From assembly GCA_038087875.1 (NCBI GenBank), contig CM075989.1, positions 16,680,001 to 16,744,000 on the forward strand: 64,000 nucleotides of DNA, read 5' to 3'. Position 1 is the stretch's first letter; every line of letters begins with the position of its first letter. Below, in pieces: positions 1-12,600 of the stretch. The notes under the pieces were generated by a model. That model had not been told where the DNA came from and ran no database searches. It saw only the letters and a list, made by a program, of their open reading frames with translations. A program made the position numbers and the translations under genes. The DNA comes from Malacoraja senta. Lineage: Eukaryota.

Positions 1-2329
1 TTTTCTCCTTTACTTTCTTTTTGCCAAGACCACAAGGGCCAACATTGTTTGAAAGGCTCCTCTCATCTCAGCTGTGGTCTGAACTTCAGTTTCTCATTAA
101 CCTCTACTCAAGAAGAGGAAGCTGTTTCAATCTTAATAACAATGAAGTTCCTCACATTCATGGGGAAATAGGGAGGGGGGCTTTAGGAAGTCAATTCAAA
201 CACAGAAAAGAAGCTGGGTGGAGGTGATCTTGCAACACCGATCAGTTTTGCACTTGAAAGAGGTTCCAAGCGTTTTGTGATGTCTGTCAAAACTGATAGA
301 GACTTGCTGAATTATATCCGTTCAATTCTGCCTCCTAGAGGGAATGGCCGAGCTGCGAATAGTTTGTTTCAGTCCAGAATGGAAGAAGTAAAGGGTGGGG
401 TTGGGCAGATCAGTAGCCAAAGTAAGAGTCTGAATTGCAGTTGACTTATATAGAAGAAATGAGGTGACACAGGATGGGAGGATATGAATAAAAACGGAAT
501 AAAAGGATCCAAAATGGTCTTAACTTAATTGATGGCAGTAGCTAGGCCACAAAAGATGACAAGATCACAGGAATGGCCTTCAATTTTTAAAAGGGGAAAT
601 TTGTATGGATGAAATGATTCACACAGGATAGGAAAGCAATAAACCATGATGAATGAAGTGGTGTGATGAATTGAGATGAAGTTTCAATTCACTGTGCTCT
701 CTGTGTAATGATTTATAAATCATTGCAATATGCCTGAGAATAATTGCAATTAAAAGAACATAAAATTGACTCTTCCCCGCAGCTTTCAAATAATGAACTT
801 TGTTTTGTGATTAATCTCACTCTTTATGATAGGGGTTAGAATTTCACTGACCATAGCATTGGGGTTTCAATTATGAAGGCAAAGGCCAGTAAAACAAGTG
901 CTATTCCTGTCTTAATTAGCACAGTGCCTCATTTGCTCAATGTCTCTGTCCTTCATCACTTAAGTTAACTCCCCAGATCAACAGCACATTCTGAGAAATG
1001 TTATTATTCTGGTTACTCCCACTTGCTTGTTCTTGATCCCAGACCTTGCAGGCTATAGCTCTTCACACACTCCTCTCCGCACGTTTAAAGGTCTGTTTCT
1101 GCCTCTACCATCATTACAGCCTTTAAACTCCAGCCCCCCACTGCATTTCTGGTGAAACAGATATTAATTCAAATATCCCCCACCCCACAATCCTACAACT
1201 AATCCACGTCTGGATGTGAATCCTTCAATCCATGTCATTGAACATTCTACCAAGAAAAAATAGGACCTTTCTGTTTCCTGTGACAAGGCACATTGATTAA
1301 ATCTCCACTTGATCTCCTTTGCTTCATAAAAAAAGCTCTAGTCCAGAGATTACCTTAATTGTCCTGTTCATGCAACAACCATGCAAATATTCTCTACTTA
1401 ATAGATCAGAGGGAAATTTACATGCAAATTCTGCCTCTAAATGAAGAAAATCCTATTCAAATATACGAGAAAAGCATAGGCACAAATTCTTCCTCACGAT
1501 TTCCGACCTAGTTGTTGCAGAACATGCCTCACTGCCTCAGACTGTCACCCATTGCTCTACATCTTGCCCTCACTCCTTACCCACTGATTTCTGCCTTAGA
1601 TTGCCACCCACCCACCACTGCCCAATGCCGTATGCTGCAACCCCCACCCGCATTCACAGATTTGAGAAATACAGAACAGAAAAAGTTGACCGTGTTTGCC
1701 TGCTATCAGAAAACAAGCACCCAGCCATTCCATGCCCATGTGGCTTACAGTCCTGGCTGCATCAAGAGCATTGAACCTTTCTGATGATGATTCCTTGACC
1801 TGAAGCACTTCCTAGGGTTCCTTGCCAAGCTGCTGCACATTTCCATGAGCTGTTTCTGCCCAAAGATATTAGAGGAGCTCCTCTAGTATCTTTGTTTCCG
1901 CCTTACACGTGTCCTGTCCTCTCCTCCCGCTGTTTTTGGCCACAAAACGATAAAGGTCCAAAAGCGAAAAATGAACTTGATCAACATTTCAGATTTTATT
2001 TTAAAAAATACCCTTTACAAACCAGGCAATCTGGGTTGGGGAGAGGACGAGTCACATGATCACAGTACCAAGAAATAATGAGGAAGTCAAAGAATAGTGA
2101 AACAAAATTATCAAGGAAATTAAATGTAACAGTACAATACTCCACAGGGTAGGATGGTCATAGAGAAAAAAAGAGTGCAGTGCAGGATAAAAGCTCAGGC
2201 AGTGAAAGTGAAATGGCAGATGGTTAAATAATTACTTTGCATCAGTATCAGAAAGAGAATAGAAGGTCATGGCAGCGATGGAATCATGTTTAAAATGAAA
2301 GGAGCTGTAACATTAAAGAAGAAATGGTG

Positions 2330-2750
2330 TCTGGGATAAAGAGTTTTTGTTCTAAGGAAACACTGGACAGGCTGGGTTTATTTTCTCTGAGTGCAGGAGG
2401 CTGAAGGGATACCCATTGGAGATGTACAAAATTAAGAGTGGCATAGTGTGGATGGGAGGAAATGATTCCCTTCAGTAAAGTTGTCTATGACCAGAGGGCA
2501 TAGGTTTAGAGTAAGTGGCTGGAAGTTTAGAGGGGATGTGAGGAAAAAAAAATTTCACTCAGATGATGGTTAAAATTTGGTGCTCGCTGCCTGAGGAAGG
2601 TGGTGGAGGCAGAGATTCTCACATCTAGATGAGCACTGCAAACACTGTGCAGTTGATTGCTCTGAGCTGAGTGCTGCAAAATTGGACTAGTTGGTTCCTG
2701 ATGGCTGTCCCGAAAATGATGGGCTGAAAGGCCTGTTTTTGTTGTGGTGT
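2330..2750 (+). mobile_element. Degenerate CR1-clade LINE 3' fragment
   Basis: Decayed ORF2 C-terminal motifs (LDRLGLFSL..RRL.G, TRGH) followed by the typical 3' tail 'gggctgaaaggcctgttt...gtgtatg'. Boundaries are approximate. Confidence 0.7.
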
Positions 2751-2826
2751 ATGGCTGCAGGAGTTCAATCTTTCATGGCAGATACAACAAATCTTTGATT
2801 TTACTTCTGTTTTCCTTTTAACACAG

Positions 2827-3043
2827 AGAGGAACCCAAGAAATGGATGAATGGGAGGCTTTATAGCTGAAACATCATAACATGACAACCTATACATTCAC
2901 ATCCATGCATTCCTTTGAATGAAATGGAAGTGGGACCAGAAAGAGGAACAGAAGTTCATTTTGGATCACTTGAGGTTACTGCAACTAGTCCAGTCTGCAT
3001 ATGAAGGGATGTGGTCAAGATCAGATCCAGTTCATTGTTGAAG
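2827..3043 (+). other. Candidate non-coding exon (217 nt)
   Basis: Polypyrimidine acceptor 'ttttacttctgttttccttttaacacag|' and donor 'AAG|gtaaga'. No convincing ORF and no transcript evidence. Confidence 0.3.
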
Positions 3044-3237
3044 GTAAGATGGGAATGGTCAGCCTCCATCACTCCAACCATGAATGCATTTCAGAGGCTC
3101 AGCATTTTTAGGGGAAAGTAGCTCCAATCTATTCCTACTCTTGCAAGGTTGGGCTCATTCTTGCAGGTCCTCACGAATCTGCTAATCTGGATTTTTTTTA
3201 AACAATTAGGGATTATTTCCGTTACATTACGGGCCTC

Positions 3238-3656
3238 TATAGGGGGGTTGCACGCAAGGTCATCGGGTCAAAGGGTGTGACGCACGGAGCAGCTCAATCC
3301 ATGTGGAGTACATGGCAGCTTCCGGCATTTACTGTTAATACACGAAACGCGTACTTTCGTACCTGTTAAAAGCCGCCGAAATTGTCAATTTTTGCACTGT
3401 AAATAATTATGGAAATCGGGGTAACCGTGAGAGACATTTATCCTGCTTCAGAATTCTAAAAGTGAGGAGCTTACCCCGATTTCCATAATTATTTACAGCG
3501 CAAAAATTGACCATTTCGGCGGTTTTTAACGGGCCCGCTCCGCTGGAAACAATGGTAAGTGCTTACCTGCAGTTCATCGCGTGTACTCCAGTTGGCGTTG
3601 CGTGGCAACAGTACGGGTCACGGGTCGTGACCCTACTGCCGTGCCACCTCCCTATA
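3238..3656. mobile_element. Non-autonomous DNA transposon (MITE) with TIRs and a long internal inverted repeat
   Basis: Ends 'tatagggggggttgcacg' and 'cgtgccacctccctata' are imperfect inverted repeats with TA at both outer edges. Internal 60-bp inverted arms at 3365-3424 and 3471-3530. CpG-rich relative to the flanks. Confidence 0.7.
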
Positions 3657-4399
3657 ATGCTCTAAATAAATGGACCATTTATTTCTTTAAACATATCCAA
3701 TTTAACTAGAGGGTGTTATGTCGGACCTTATTAGGAAACGGTAAAACTGCGTGGCGTTATCCTCTCTTGGGATGCCTTTCCACTTAACATCTTCTGTACT
3801 CAGCTGTTATAGGAAAACCTTAGCAGCCTCTGGACTAAGAGCGGTACTTATTCAATGGCACACACAAAATGATGGAGTAACAAAGCGGGTCAGGCAGCAT
3901 CTCTGGAGATGCTGTGATTTCTCCAGAGATAGTGCCTGACCCACTGAGTTACTAGTATTTTGTGTCTATCTTTGGTATAAACCGGCATCTGCATTTCCTT
4001 TTTATTACTCATTTAGCGGTACTTTTCTAGCTTTCTTCCCCACCCCAATCAGTCTGAAGAAGCGTCTCGACCCGAAACGCCGCCTGCCGATTCCCTCCAC
4101 AGATGTTGCCAGACCAGCTGAGTTCCTCCAGTGTTCACTGATTGAACGCGCAGATTGGAACACCCATGTTCTGCTGTCGATGAGCCCTCGCCCTCCAATG
4201 CAGCAAAACGAGCCCTCTTCCTTGCAAAAGGAGTACATTGTTGAGACCAGTCAGGGGGGATTTTTGTTCTGGGCAATCAGAATGACATTTGTGACTCAAA
4301 GGACTTAGAGACTTACAGGAAAAAGTCAGTGCGCAGGTTGCCAGGTTGAACCTGCTTGCTCGCTGGATATTGGCTTCGGTTAAGATCATTTTATTCATC

Positions 4400-6400
4400 T
4401 GGACATCCAGGGAAATTGCACATCACTCAAAGCTTTTCGGACCAGCACACGCCTATTTTTGACTGGTTTAAAAAAAAGAATTACCAGCCTGTGCTTGACG
4501 CCCTAGGTACGCGGGCTGTTGTTGCAATGTAGATACGGCCGGTGAGCTTTCCTGACCTGGCGCTGTCTCTTGACTGCTTCATTGTACAACCTCCCCGAGT
4601 GCTAACCCAGCAGAGACGAGAGCCATGAGCGGCGGCGAGCACTGAAGCCACGGCCGGGAGCTGGAAAGATGAGCAGAGTGCCGGGTTGACGGAGCATGTG
4701 GTGCCGGATGGGCCGGGCGCTGTGGACTGTACCGAGCAGCCAACGCAGTAAGTGGCAGTCATACTCAGCCTAAGCCGGCGGAGGGGTTGAGTGAGCCAGT
4801 GAAGGTGTTACTCCGTGTGATTAGACAAGCCGGGCCGCATCCGACGGGATTAGCAGCTCTGCAGAGTGCGGCTTCAAGTCGATTTAATTCTGGGCGAAAT
4901 TGTTGGCGGCGAGACGTCGTCATGTTCTCAACACACGGGATAAAGTCTAATATTCTCAGTCGTAAACTTTAGGGAGATAGGTCAGTTCTTTTTTCTAATT
5001 GTATTCTTAAATTGAGACGGTATCAGTAAATATAATTCTCGACGTGAATTAATATTTAGCACTCGTCGTCGGCGTTATTTTTGTGTTCCATCAAATGGTT
5101 TCTGGGATAGGATGTAATGATATCGTTTTAAAGTTGTCCTGGTAGTTTGGAGCTTTGAGCTCGAGTTCTCTGGTAAAGTTATTTTGAAACATTGAAAGCA
5201 GAGGTTCTCGTTAGTTTAAGCAGGTTATTCCAACATGTGCAGGTGGAGACACCAGGAGTCAAAAAATCCTTCGCCGAACACACGTCAGTGGTTAGAGTGC
5301 AACGTGTTGGAGGATTTCTAACATGTCTCTTAGAATATAACGGTAGTAAAAAGAGAGCAAACGGTAGGTGGGATTAAAGGCGTGCTGGGTACCGAAGCAT
5401 TCTACTCATCATTACAGAAACCTCTTACCAACCAGTTAAGTGGCGAGTATATTATACAGCGGCGAATGTAAATTAATGTGATGAACTTCAGGAAAGAAAT
5501 GGACGAGGGATCCTAGATTTTACACCACAGCTCCCACCCACCTTAGAAAAAAAGTAGCTGGACCAGGTGAGACCCCGGGGAGGAATTGAATGTTTCCTCT
5601 TCTATATTAAAACACACCACCGTATTCTAAAACAGACGCATCTTGTATTGAGGGAAGCTTTTTCGGTTTCAACTAAAGCAAAGTTTGGTCGCCTGTCATT
5701 CCGTAACTTCTTCGAACGTGTTTCAAACCAGGATGGTCCCGGCGATGAATCCGTTCCCTTAATGTTATTAAGATGGTTAATTGTCTGAGACAGAATTGAC
5801 AGTTATAGTTTCCGAACTGACGGATTGGAGTTTAGTTTGCAATTGAAATCGGCGGACAGAGGAGCACGGATCCCGGTCTCTGCTTAAGGTAAAATGTCAG
5901 CTGCGGACTTGCTCATCCTTAATCTGAAGGAAGGAAGATTTCAACAGCGTAATGTTGGATCTTACTGAGATGGAAAAGCATGCCTCTCTTTCTAGTCAAC
6001 CGCCAAAGCTTCCCCGGAAACAAACCTAATATCACAGAGGCTGTATTTTATTTCCATACATTTATAATGTATTTATAATCAAGCATTAGCAAGATCGCTT
6101 TACGAATTTAAAGACCCCACCCCACGGCTGGTCCTTCCAATACAATTACAAGCCTGGAGGTTCAGCATTTATCCCAGTCTGCCGGCAGGCTGAGGTGGGC
6201 ACAAAAGCCACGTCGGACCACCCGTTCTCACCCCCTAACATTCATCCCGGCTGAGACAGGGCTGGAAACGGGCGGCATCTCCAGTCGGAACCAGCGCTCT
6301 TTTTTACAGGACCAGCCTCGACCGACAGGGAGGTGCTTTCCGTTGAGAGTGTCTCAAAACTTCACCGTACCTTAACATTTTAGCAACCCGCAATTCTTTG
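4400..6400 (+). promoter_or_regulatory. CpG-island-like region, probable promoter/first exon(s) of CTXND1
   Basis: Non-repetitive CpG-dense stretch in otherwise CpG-depleted DNA. Plus-strand donor-like sites 'gca|gtaagt' (4748) and 'aag|gtaaaa' (5889). Assignment to CTXND1 is inference. Confidence 0.5.
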
Positions 6401-8659
6401 AGACGGGAGCTGCCAGAGAGGGAGGGGTGGAGTGTAAGGCCCAGGCTGCTGGGTCCCCTGTTCCCAACAATCTGAAAGCTGAGAAGTTTCCAATTTACCA
6501 ACAGTATTTAATCACTAGCTCTATATGATGTCTCCTAAATATTTTTAACTATTATAATTATATTTCATTTTTTCTCATATAAATATCATTTCTATTTTCT
6601 ATTTAATTCCTTTACACGTCACCCTACTCAATGTCCTGCTTTATTGTAATAAATACCATTCCTCTAATATACTTCTGGTATGAGGATGTTTCTTAAATGG
6701 GGTAACGCTGATAGTATAACACAGGAAGGATATTGAGCCCGGCTTGTCTATACCAAGCATTGTGTTTCAAAGGGGCTTCTTCTTCTAACCCTTTTTCCAT
6801 ATCTCCGTTCCTTTCCCATACAACCAGTTATCTAGCCTATTGTGTGTGATTTGATCTTGCCTGCTGTGTCACAATTATATTTACACTTTGCAATCACGAA
6901 ATATAACCTTGGTTATGTCCCTCTGGCTGCACCGTGGAGCATATTGCAGATAGCTCAATTGGATATACTGCCTCTTTTTGTCTCAAAGTTAACTTTGTTA
7001 AGGTAACACAGCAAAGAATCTTTTCCTATATCAAGATAATCTAACGTGTCAAGAACCCGGAAAAGAAAGCAATAACGAGACTACTTGACCACCTGTAAAT
7101 CAGATGAAGCAGCATTCCACCTGACAAAGGAACCTCCTGCTCCTTGGCTGTAGTGGCAGTCTTGCACTTCATATTCCAATTGTAATAACAAGCAATTGCA
7201 CATGCTGGTTTACCAAAGAAAGATACAAAATGCTGGAGTAACTCAGCGGGTCAGCATTTCTGGAGAATATGACGAGGTGACATTTCTGGTCTGGATTCCC
7301 AATGCTTTCTTCTGATCAGAAAGATATGTTTGTGAATGGTTCTTCCCCCTCTGTCTTAGTACCTTCTCAAGGAATTAGAATTCAGGGGGCATTTGCTGAA
7401 TAGGTTAGGTGTCAATTTATATTCCAACTGTTTACAAGAGTGGCCCTGACTTTATGGTCACTAGTTAATGTGATATCCACCTCACCTCCACTTTCTATCT
7501 TCAGTCTCTTCCTTGTGCTGCTCCACTGGGGCATAATGACAAGTGCTTACTCTCATTTTGGTGTGTTACAGCCTTCAAGGCTCAACATTGTGCTTAACAA
7601 TTTCAGAACATTGCAGTGTTCTCACATTTCTATTGACGAGCTTGGTGGATGTTGGGAATAAGCAGGTATTGGTAAACATGTTGCTTTAACCACCTTCATA
7701 TTCTGTATCTGCCCACTACTATCTTTACTGCATATCTTTATCACTCTTGTTATGTAATATCTTCTTCCTCCCTTCACTGCATTTGTACTTAGACTTCTTA
7801 TACCTCCAACTTTTCTCAATTCTCACATTTAGACTTTAACTTTCCAGGAATTCTCCTGACACCCACAGTCTTGGGGAATAGTCTGTGGGTGTCAGGAGAA
7901 AGACTAGTATCTGAAGCTGGAGGGTTTTTGAGTAGCAGCCATCTACTTGAGTACAGTTAACTGTGAGCACAGTCGATAAATATGGTTTATTGTTACTGTT
8001 TAACTTTGAGCTAATAACAGGAGCTTGGTACTAGGAGAAAAATATATAAATTAATATTTGTCCAATTCATGCCCTTGAGGAGAAAAATAAGAGAATTGCT
8101 TTAATTTGTCATCCCTCATGGTCTAAGAAAGTCTTGAAACATTTTATGAGCACTGACACTGAAATGCTAAAGTAAGAAGAAATCATCTAGATCTGATCCT
8201 GAAATCTGCAAACATGTATTTCTATCAAACCTCTTCGTATCCTCAGGATGATCAAACATGTTTCTGTTGTGAAGTAATGTTCCTATTATAGCTGAGGTAA
8301 AGCATTTGCCAATTTGAGCACAACAATGTCTCAAGGACAATAGATGAAAAAGATTACCAGTTAATCTGTTTTCACGATGACAACAGATAAACTTATTTGA
8401 ACCATGTCATGGTTTCTTTTACATCCATCGGAATATATAGCAGGTCTGCTGCCTAATATTTTACCAAAGATACAATACTTCAGATAATACAACACTTGAT
8501 CACGTTCTCAAGGCTCCACATTGAGATTTGAACTTTCAACCTGAGCATTGAACCAGCACTGACAGCTTTGTAAGATGCTGTTCCAAAATTTGCCCTTTTT
8601 TAAACAATTTGAGAAGGTTATGTTGTTTTGGTATAAGAGCGATAATGTTGAACTGGACC

Positions 8660-8965
8660 AACACAGTTGTGTAGCTAATAGAGCCGGTGCCTCACTGTGC
8701 CAGCAACCCATGTTTGATCCTGACTTCTGCAGATGTCTGTGTGTAGTTTGCATGTTCCCCCTCTGTGAGTTTCCACCAGGCATTCTGGTTTCCTCCTACA
8801 TCCCAAAGACTTGCAGGTCAATAGATTTATTAGCCACTGTAAAATGCTGCTCATGTGTCGGTGAATGTCAACATCTAAAGGGATTGGATGGGATTGTGGG
8901 AATACTGTAGGTGGGTACTTGATGTTTGGTGCAGACTCAGTCGGGACAGTGCTGTATGACTATGA
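8660..8965 (+). mobile_element. tRNA-derived V-SINE (HE1-like), degenerate
   Basis: tRNA-like head, V-domain core 'ctgtgtgtagtttgcatgttcccc...gagtttcc' and CR1-like tail 'gtgctgtatgactatga'. Other copies lie near 24990-25140, 41060-41330, 43110-43440, 47120-47330 and 55845-55950. Confidence 0.7.
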
Positions 8966-9107
8966 ATACTTTTAATTCCAATTTTTCAGAATAGGATTAG
9001 CTTTTATTATAAAGAGAAAATTAATGGTTATAAGAACTGAAACAAGATGCAATCAATAAATAAGTATTCCACACTAGACAGTGTAACCTTTCCATATGGA
9101 GTATGAG

Positions 9108-9160
9108 GGGATGGAAGATTGCAACCTTCACGTGGTCCGCCCTGTTTCGACGAATGCAAT
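9108..9160 (+). ncRNA. HDV-like (CPEB3-type) self-cleaving ribozyme fold with minimal P4
   Basis: P1 GGGAUGG 9108-9114 / CCGCCCU 9137-9143 (G1.U wobble, one A.C mismatch). P2 AUUGCA 9118-9123 / UGCAAU 9155-9160. P3 ACC/GGU. L3 UUCACGU. J1.1/4 GU. J4/2 CGAA with putative catalytic C9151. Confidence 0.8.
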
Positions 9161-9251
9161 GAACCTGGCGTGCACAATCAAGTAAGATCAAATAGAACAA
9201 GTTGTCCTACAACTTTAGGCTGTGCACGCCATACGCAAGAAGAAGAAGAAG
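9108..9251 (+). mobile_element. 144-bp non-autonomous retroposon: HDV-like ribozyme head, 3' stem-loop and (AAG)5 tail
   Basis: Flanked by TSD atggagtatgag(g) at 9096-9107/8 and atggagtgtgag(g) at 9252-9263/4. Perfect 10-bp stem 9167-9176/9221-9230. (AAG)5 at 9237-9251. Confidence 0.85.
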
Positions 9252-10199
9252 ATGGAGTGTGAGGTAAAAGGAAAATTATACCATTTGGGATAGGCAGTAA
9301 ATTGAAGGACAATTGCCAGCCAAGGGTATGATCCAATTATTCCAATGTGTCCCTGGTTACCAATGTATCTGCCAATGGATATAGTTCTTCCATTTCTGGG
9401 TGAACCAAAGTGAAAAAAAGATGCAGGTTGGTACAGTTGCTGGCATAAAATATGGGCAGGTGCCATCTCCATGCAAGAGAGGAGCAGCTGTTTGCGCACT
9501 GAAGCAAATCCGTGGGAAGACAAACGGCCACAGCTTCAATTACGGTGCAGACAGGAGGTGCTGCTACTGTTCAGAAAGCTCCGTCAGCACAGTATTCTAT
9601 GTCCTGTAAAGGACATGTCTTTTAATCAAGGAGTTCTCACATTCATCAACATTATTCCATCAAAGGCGGCTGAGTACAATGCCTTCAGCAACTTTACCAA
9701 CCACATTTTTGTTTTGTCGCTTTGGTTCACCTGGAATTGGAAGGAGAAACTGTTTCCATTGGCAGATGCGCAGGTAACCAGGAACACATGAGTGGAATAC
9801 TTTCCCAAAATATCAGCAATGTGAGTTTTCTGCATAATCATCTGTGATCTAGAATACCCCTCATGAAATGGTGCTTGAAGTAGAATCTTTAATTGCTTTT
9901 CGAAAGGAAATTTTACTTCTAAAGTGAGCCAGTGTTTTCTCCTTCTCAAGGGTAAACAGCAGAGAATATGGTCCACAGCAAGATACATTAAAAAGAGTAA
10001 TGAAGTCCTCTAACATGAATTTAGGGAGCTAGGTAGCAAATGATAGAGCAAAACCTGTAAGGTATCATGTACAGGCAATATGGATCATGTACAGGCAGAT
10101 GAGATCAATATAACTGGGCATCGTGTGTGGGCCCAAGGGCTGTTCCTGTGCTGTACTGTTGTTTGTTTTTGTTCTAAGGTTGTAATTCTTTTGATTACT

Positions 10200-11700
10200 C
10201 CCATGGTGTACGATTTAGGGCTTGGATTTCTCGATCACTGTGACTGGTTCTGGAGAAGGTGGACTTTCACAAGCTGGACAGGTTGCATCTGGGCCAGAAT
10301 GAGTACAACATCCTTGAGGGAGGTTTACTAATGCTGATGGGAAGGGTTTAAACTAATTTGACAGTGAGTGGGACACGGATTAGATGTAAAGTTCAGAGAG
10401 ATACAGTCAAATAGAGAAGGAAATATAATTAATTGCAGAAGACAGATCAGACATGTCATGACATTAGACGCAAAGCACACTAAGGGAATTGAAGGCTAAA
10501 TTGCATCTATTTTAACACAAGGAGTCTGATTAGTAACGCAAGTGAACTTAGAATATTGAACAATGGGAAAATTATGTTGTTGGTATCACAGCGACATGGG
10601 TGAAAGAAGGGCAGGGCTGGTAACTCATCCAGGGTATAGGATCTTTAGGCACAACAGGTGTGAGGGTGTAAATGAGGACACGGCATTGCAATATTGATTA
10701 ATAGTGAAGATAAGATTTGAGATACATGATATTGATCAGTCAGTAAAATGAGCAAAGCAATGGAAAATGACATTTAATCCTGATAAGTGTGAGGTAATGC
10801 TCTTTGGGGGACTGACAGGGGTTACACAATGAATGATAGGGTCCTGGAGACTATTAAGGAACAGATGGGCCTTAATGTACAATGCCTAGCAGCCCTGAAG
10901 GTGGCAGCACAGTTAGAAAAGGAGGTGAAGAGTGCCTTAAATAACTGGGATACCGAGTATAAGAGCAGGGAGGTCATGGTAGGACTTTATAGAGCGGGAT
11001 TACTGGTTTATCTATATGTTGGTGCCCATACTAGGAAGGATACAATTGCACAGGAAATTATGCAGCGTAGATTCACTAAGATGCTGCTTGGGCTGGAATG
11101 TTTCAGTTACACGAAGAGACTGGACATGATAGGTTTGTTTTTCTTGAAGCAGAGAGGACTGACGGGGAATCAAAATTATGAAGGGTGTGGGTAGTTGGAT
11201 AATAGCCCCATAGCAGAGGGATTTAGGATAAGTTCTGCCCAATACACCATAGGAGATGATGCACAATAATTCACCAGGACATTGCCTGGGATGGAAGACT
11301 TCAGAAGAACCTCAGAGAGACAGATAGGCTTGGTTTGATTTTCTTGGAGTGGAGTAGGCTGCGGAGGGGATCACATGGAGGTATACAAAATTCTGATGGG
11401 TATAGGCAGGGTAAATAGCAATAACGTTTTCCCCATAGTAGAGATATCTGAAAGTGGTGTTTTTGTGTAAGTTTGAGGGGTCTGAGGAATAACCTTTTGG
11501 TTGAAATTTGGAATGCGCTGCCTGAGGGGGAGGTGGAGATTCTCGCAACTTTTTTAAAATGTCTGGTCCAGTCCTTGAATTGCCACGGCATGGAAGGCTA
11601 CGGATCAAGTGCTGATAAATGGGTTTCATATAGTTGAGTACTTGATGGTCAACATGGATGTGGTGGGCCAAAGGGCCTATTCCTGTTGTATATGACTGTA
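10200..11700 (+). mobile_element. Cluster of degenerate CR1-clade LINE fragments
   Basis: ORF 10829-11194 gives decayed CR1 ORF2 motifs (EYKSREVM..LYRA, QRRFTKML.GLE..SY.KRLD.IGLF.L.QR.L.G). A 3' tail lies at about 11650-11700. Confidence 0.75.
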
Positions 11701-11759
11701 ACAATATCTAGTCCCTTGAATATATTTATTGATTTTGAAGAAAATTATTTTCCAAATGG

Positions 11760-12600
11760 CTTACCTCCTATCCTCGGACTGTGACCCTTGAGTTTTAGTT
11801 TTACTCTCCATAGAGGATGTAATCTGATACCTGTTGGAATTTTGTTGAATGTAGTGGATCTTCTCTCATTCGGGAATACAAGTCTAGTTGACCCAATCTC
11901 TCTTCTCGCTGTCAGTGCTGACATCCAGGATCGAGTCTAATGAACGTTTGTTGCACTCCCTGCATGAACATAAGGAGACCAACACTGCAAACAATATTCA
12001 TGCTGTGGTATCACCAAGGCCCTGCGCAATTTCAGCAAGACTTTCCTATTCTCTAGTCTAGACAAATCCTCTCGTCATGAAGGTCAACATACAATTTTAA
12101 TTCTTAATCGCCTGCTGCACTTGCATGCTTCCCTTCAGCACTTGGGTCTTGTGCACCTCCTTCTTTCCCATTCTGTCATCATTCAAATAATAATCTGCCT
12201 TCCTGATTTTGCCACCAAGTGGATAACCTCACATTTATCCACACTATACAGCATCTGCCCACTCTGCCAACTATCCAAACCTACCAATCCTTGAGGCATG
12301 GTAGCTGGGTCCTACCCAGTTTTGTGAGATCTGCAAACTTGTAGACATTACAGTTAATTCCCTCATCCATACCATCATCATATACCATGAATAGCTGGGG
12401 TCTGATCCATGTGATATCCCACTAGTCTCTTCCTGCCACTCAGAATACAACCCATTTATTCCTATCCTTACCAGTACTTTACCCCAATCCCATGTGAATT
12501 TTGCATGCCAATTCCTGATATTGAACCTCATCAAAAGCTTTGTGAAAATCCAAATGCATCACATCCATGGGTTCTTCCTTGTCTATTCTGCTTGTTACTG
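11760..12600 (-). mobile_element. Degenerate CR1-clade LINE fragment
   Basis: Minus-strand RT-region remnants (V.INGLYSEW.E.TSG..HGS) with frameshifts. Confidence 0.65.

Noticed and set aside
1781..1810. CTGATGA...GAAGC hammerhead-like motif
   Set aside because: Stem II and the GAAA core are broken. At most an old decayed relative.
8660..8740. tRNA-like sequences at SINE heads
   Set aside because: SINE-derived, with no complete cloverleaf. Not called as tRNA genes.
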